Assembly: GCA_963779615.1 (NCBI GenBank) | Contig: CAVZZA010000005.1 | Location: 736,001-800,000, forward strand | Direction: 5' to 3' | DNA from: an uncultured Nitrososphaeraceae archaeon | GTDB lineage: Archaea; Thermoproteota; Nitrososphaeria; Nitrososphaerales; Nitrososphaeraceae | Length of the DNA: 64,000 nucleotides | Program-made: the position numbers and the translations under genes | The notes under the pieces: model-generated | What the model was told of the DNA's origin: nothing | Databases searched by the model: none | Seen by the model: the letters and a program-made list of their open reading frames with translations, nothing else | Part shown: positions 62,898 to 64,000 of the stretch, in pieces | How positions within the stretch are numbered: position 1 is the first letter of the stretch | How the letters are laid out: every line of letters starts with the position of its first letter

Positions 62898-63339
62898 AAC
62901 AGATTCAGCAAGTGATTCTTTCACAACCAAATATTAAGGTATTTTAGTAGTAGTTGTTGCTGTTGTTGTGTTGGAATAAGAGAGGTATTCAGGGTCAATG
63001 CAGAAATAACTGATATGACGACATCCCCACCACGGTTGTCGGTTTTACAGTAACCATACACCCTTTTCCTTTGCCAATACATGTGCTACAAATTTCCTAG
63101 TTGTCACTTTTTTGACACCATGTTTCGGTAAACAAAAAGTACCCCAAAAAAATTTAAAGATGCAAAATTAGAAGGATACCACCACCCCCTATCATGTAGC
63201 AACACACACTTCAATTGCTATTTGAAATGAAAGAATTCACTTTTATTTTGATAATACTTTAAAATAGTAATAGTAATCCCCTACAGTACTAGAACGAACA
63301 TATTAACACAGTATTTTGAACGCCTTTTTTCTCTCTTAT

Positions 63340-63490
63340 AAGCTGTCCTATCCTTATCGTCTCAGGCAGAGTATGGCATATGAATCCACTAGAGAAATCT
63401 CGATTGTCCCTGTCATGGCTCCCGATTCTTAAACAAAGGAAAAGTAATCAATGGCCCTGCAAATAGTGAACGTGATGAAAGTAAATCTGA
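63340..63490 (+). pseudogene. Rieske [2Fe-2S] domain fragment
   Basis: NPLEKS/DCPCHGSRFLNKGKVINGPAN with a frameshift; first CxH box eroded. Confidence 0.7.
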
Positions 63491-63728
63491 CCTTCCAGGT
63501 AATTGCTTTTAACCAATGCATAACCCAAAATTTCATATTTGCAACATTGGCAAATTGTAATTTTTATTGACATATTATAGGGCAACAAGACAGCAATGTA
63601 ACTTAACAGCAATATTCACAGCCAATAATGAAATCAAAATGAAAATAACAATTTTAGTTTGAAATTTTAAATAACAACATTCAATCCAATTTGAAAGTTA
63701 TTTATATTTTGTTAATGAAAAACATAGG

Positions 63729-64000
63729 ATGCCAAACAATAATGATGCTGATGGACACAAAGGAAAAGAAGAATCAGGCTATGCAGCAGTCTCAAAAGGA
63801 GCATCAGCAACATCTGTAGCTAAATTACTAAAAGGCATAGACTTTCCTGCAAACAAGGATGATATTGTACAACGCATACAACAAAACAAAGGAAAGGCAG
63901 AAGATAGTGCCGATTCAGTTATTGACATCATTAATCAAATGGCAGATAAAAAATACAATAGCATGGCAGATGTAGAACATGAAGTAGGACAAATAGAATA
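63729..64000 (+). CDS. DUF2795-like protein (stop codon probably cut by window edge)
   Basis: MPNNNDADG..VAKLLKGIDFPANKDDIV..DKKYNSMADVEHEVGQIE then TA; absent from the track because no full stop codon is present. Confidence 0.82.
   Translation, partial: MPNNNDADGHKGKEESGYAAVSKGASATSVAKLLKGIDFPANKDDIVQRIQQNKGKAEDSADSVIDIINQMADKKYNSMADVEHEVGQIE

Noticed and set aside
2682-62899. Numerous 60-190 aa track ORFs overlapping identified genes
   Set aside because: Antisense or alternate-frame shadows of well-supported CDSs
1-64000. tRNA, rRNA, integrase/att sites, replication origin
   Set aside because: No T-loop/acceptor-stem pattern, rRNA-like tract, integrase or cdc6/ORB seen by eye; tRNAscan-SE and Infernal would be decisive

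Overview
AT-rich archaeal chromosome segment. The gene set (aIF2-alpha/Nop10, Lsm, pantoate kinase plus phosphopantothenate synthetase, bacterial-type MetK, stand-alone MtrA-like protein, DUF6659-like protein, UvrABC, anaerobic cobalamin genes) points to a soil ammonia-oxidising archaeon of the Nitrososphaeraceae, probably Ca. Nitrosocosmicus-like (inference). Core blocks are uvrBAC (4.6-11.4 kb), cobalamin/SAM genes (15-25 kb), translation genes (25.5-26.5 kb), the CoA biosynthesis cluster (35.8-39.9 kb), phoU, ino1, nreA and several dehydrogenases. Accessory patches hold decayed IS elements, a VapBC pair, a C2H2 zinc-finger gene, secreted repeat proteins, a DinG/XPD-like helicase, a cytochrome P450 and several microproteins missed by the ORF track. 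I found no rRNA, tRNA or CRISPR array. Best leads: (1) a PPOX/F420-type reductase plus soluble MtrA-like corrinoid protein operon divergent from btuR, with an A_AAA_AAC slippery site; (2) a ~190-nt fully nested structured element between padR and an ADH gene; (3) a C2H2 zinc-finger gene with paired GAGTNACTC boxes abutting its TATA box; (4) a modular, sequon-saturated secreted repeat protein; (5) a RadA paralogue that seems to need an ATA start. All family calls come from motif recognition by eye; no database searches were run.
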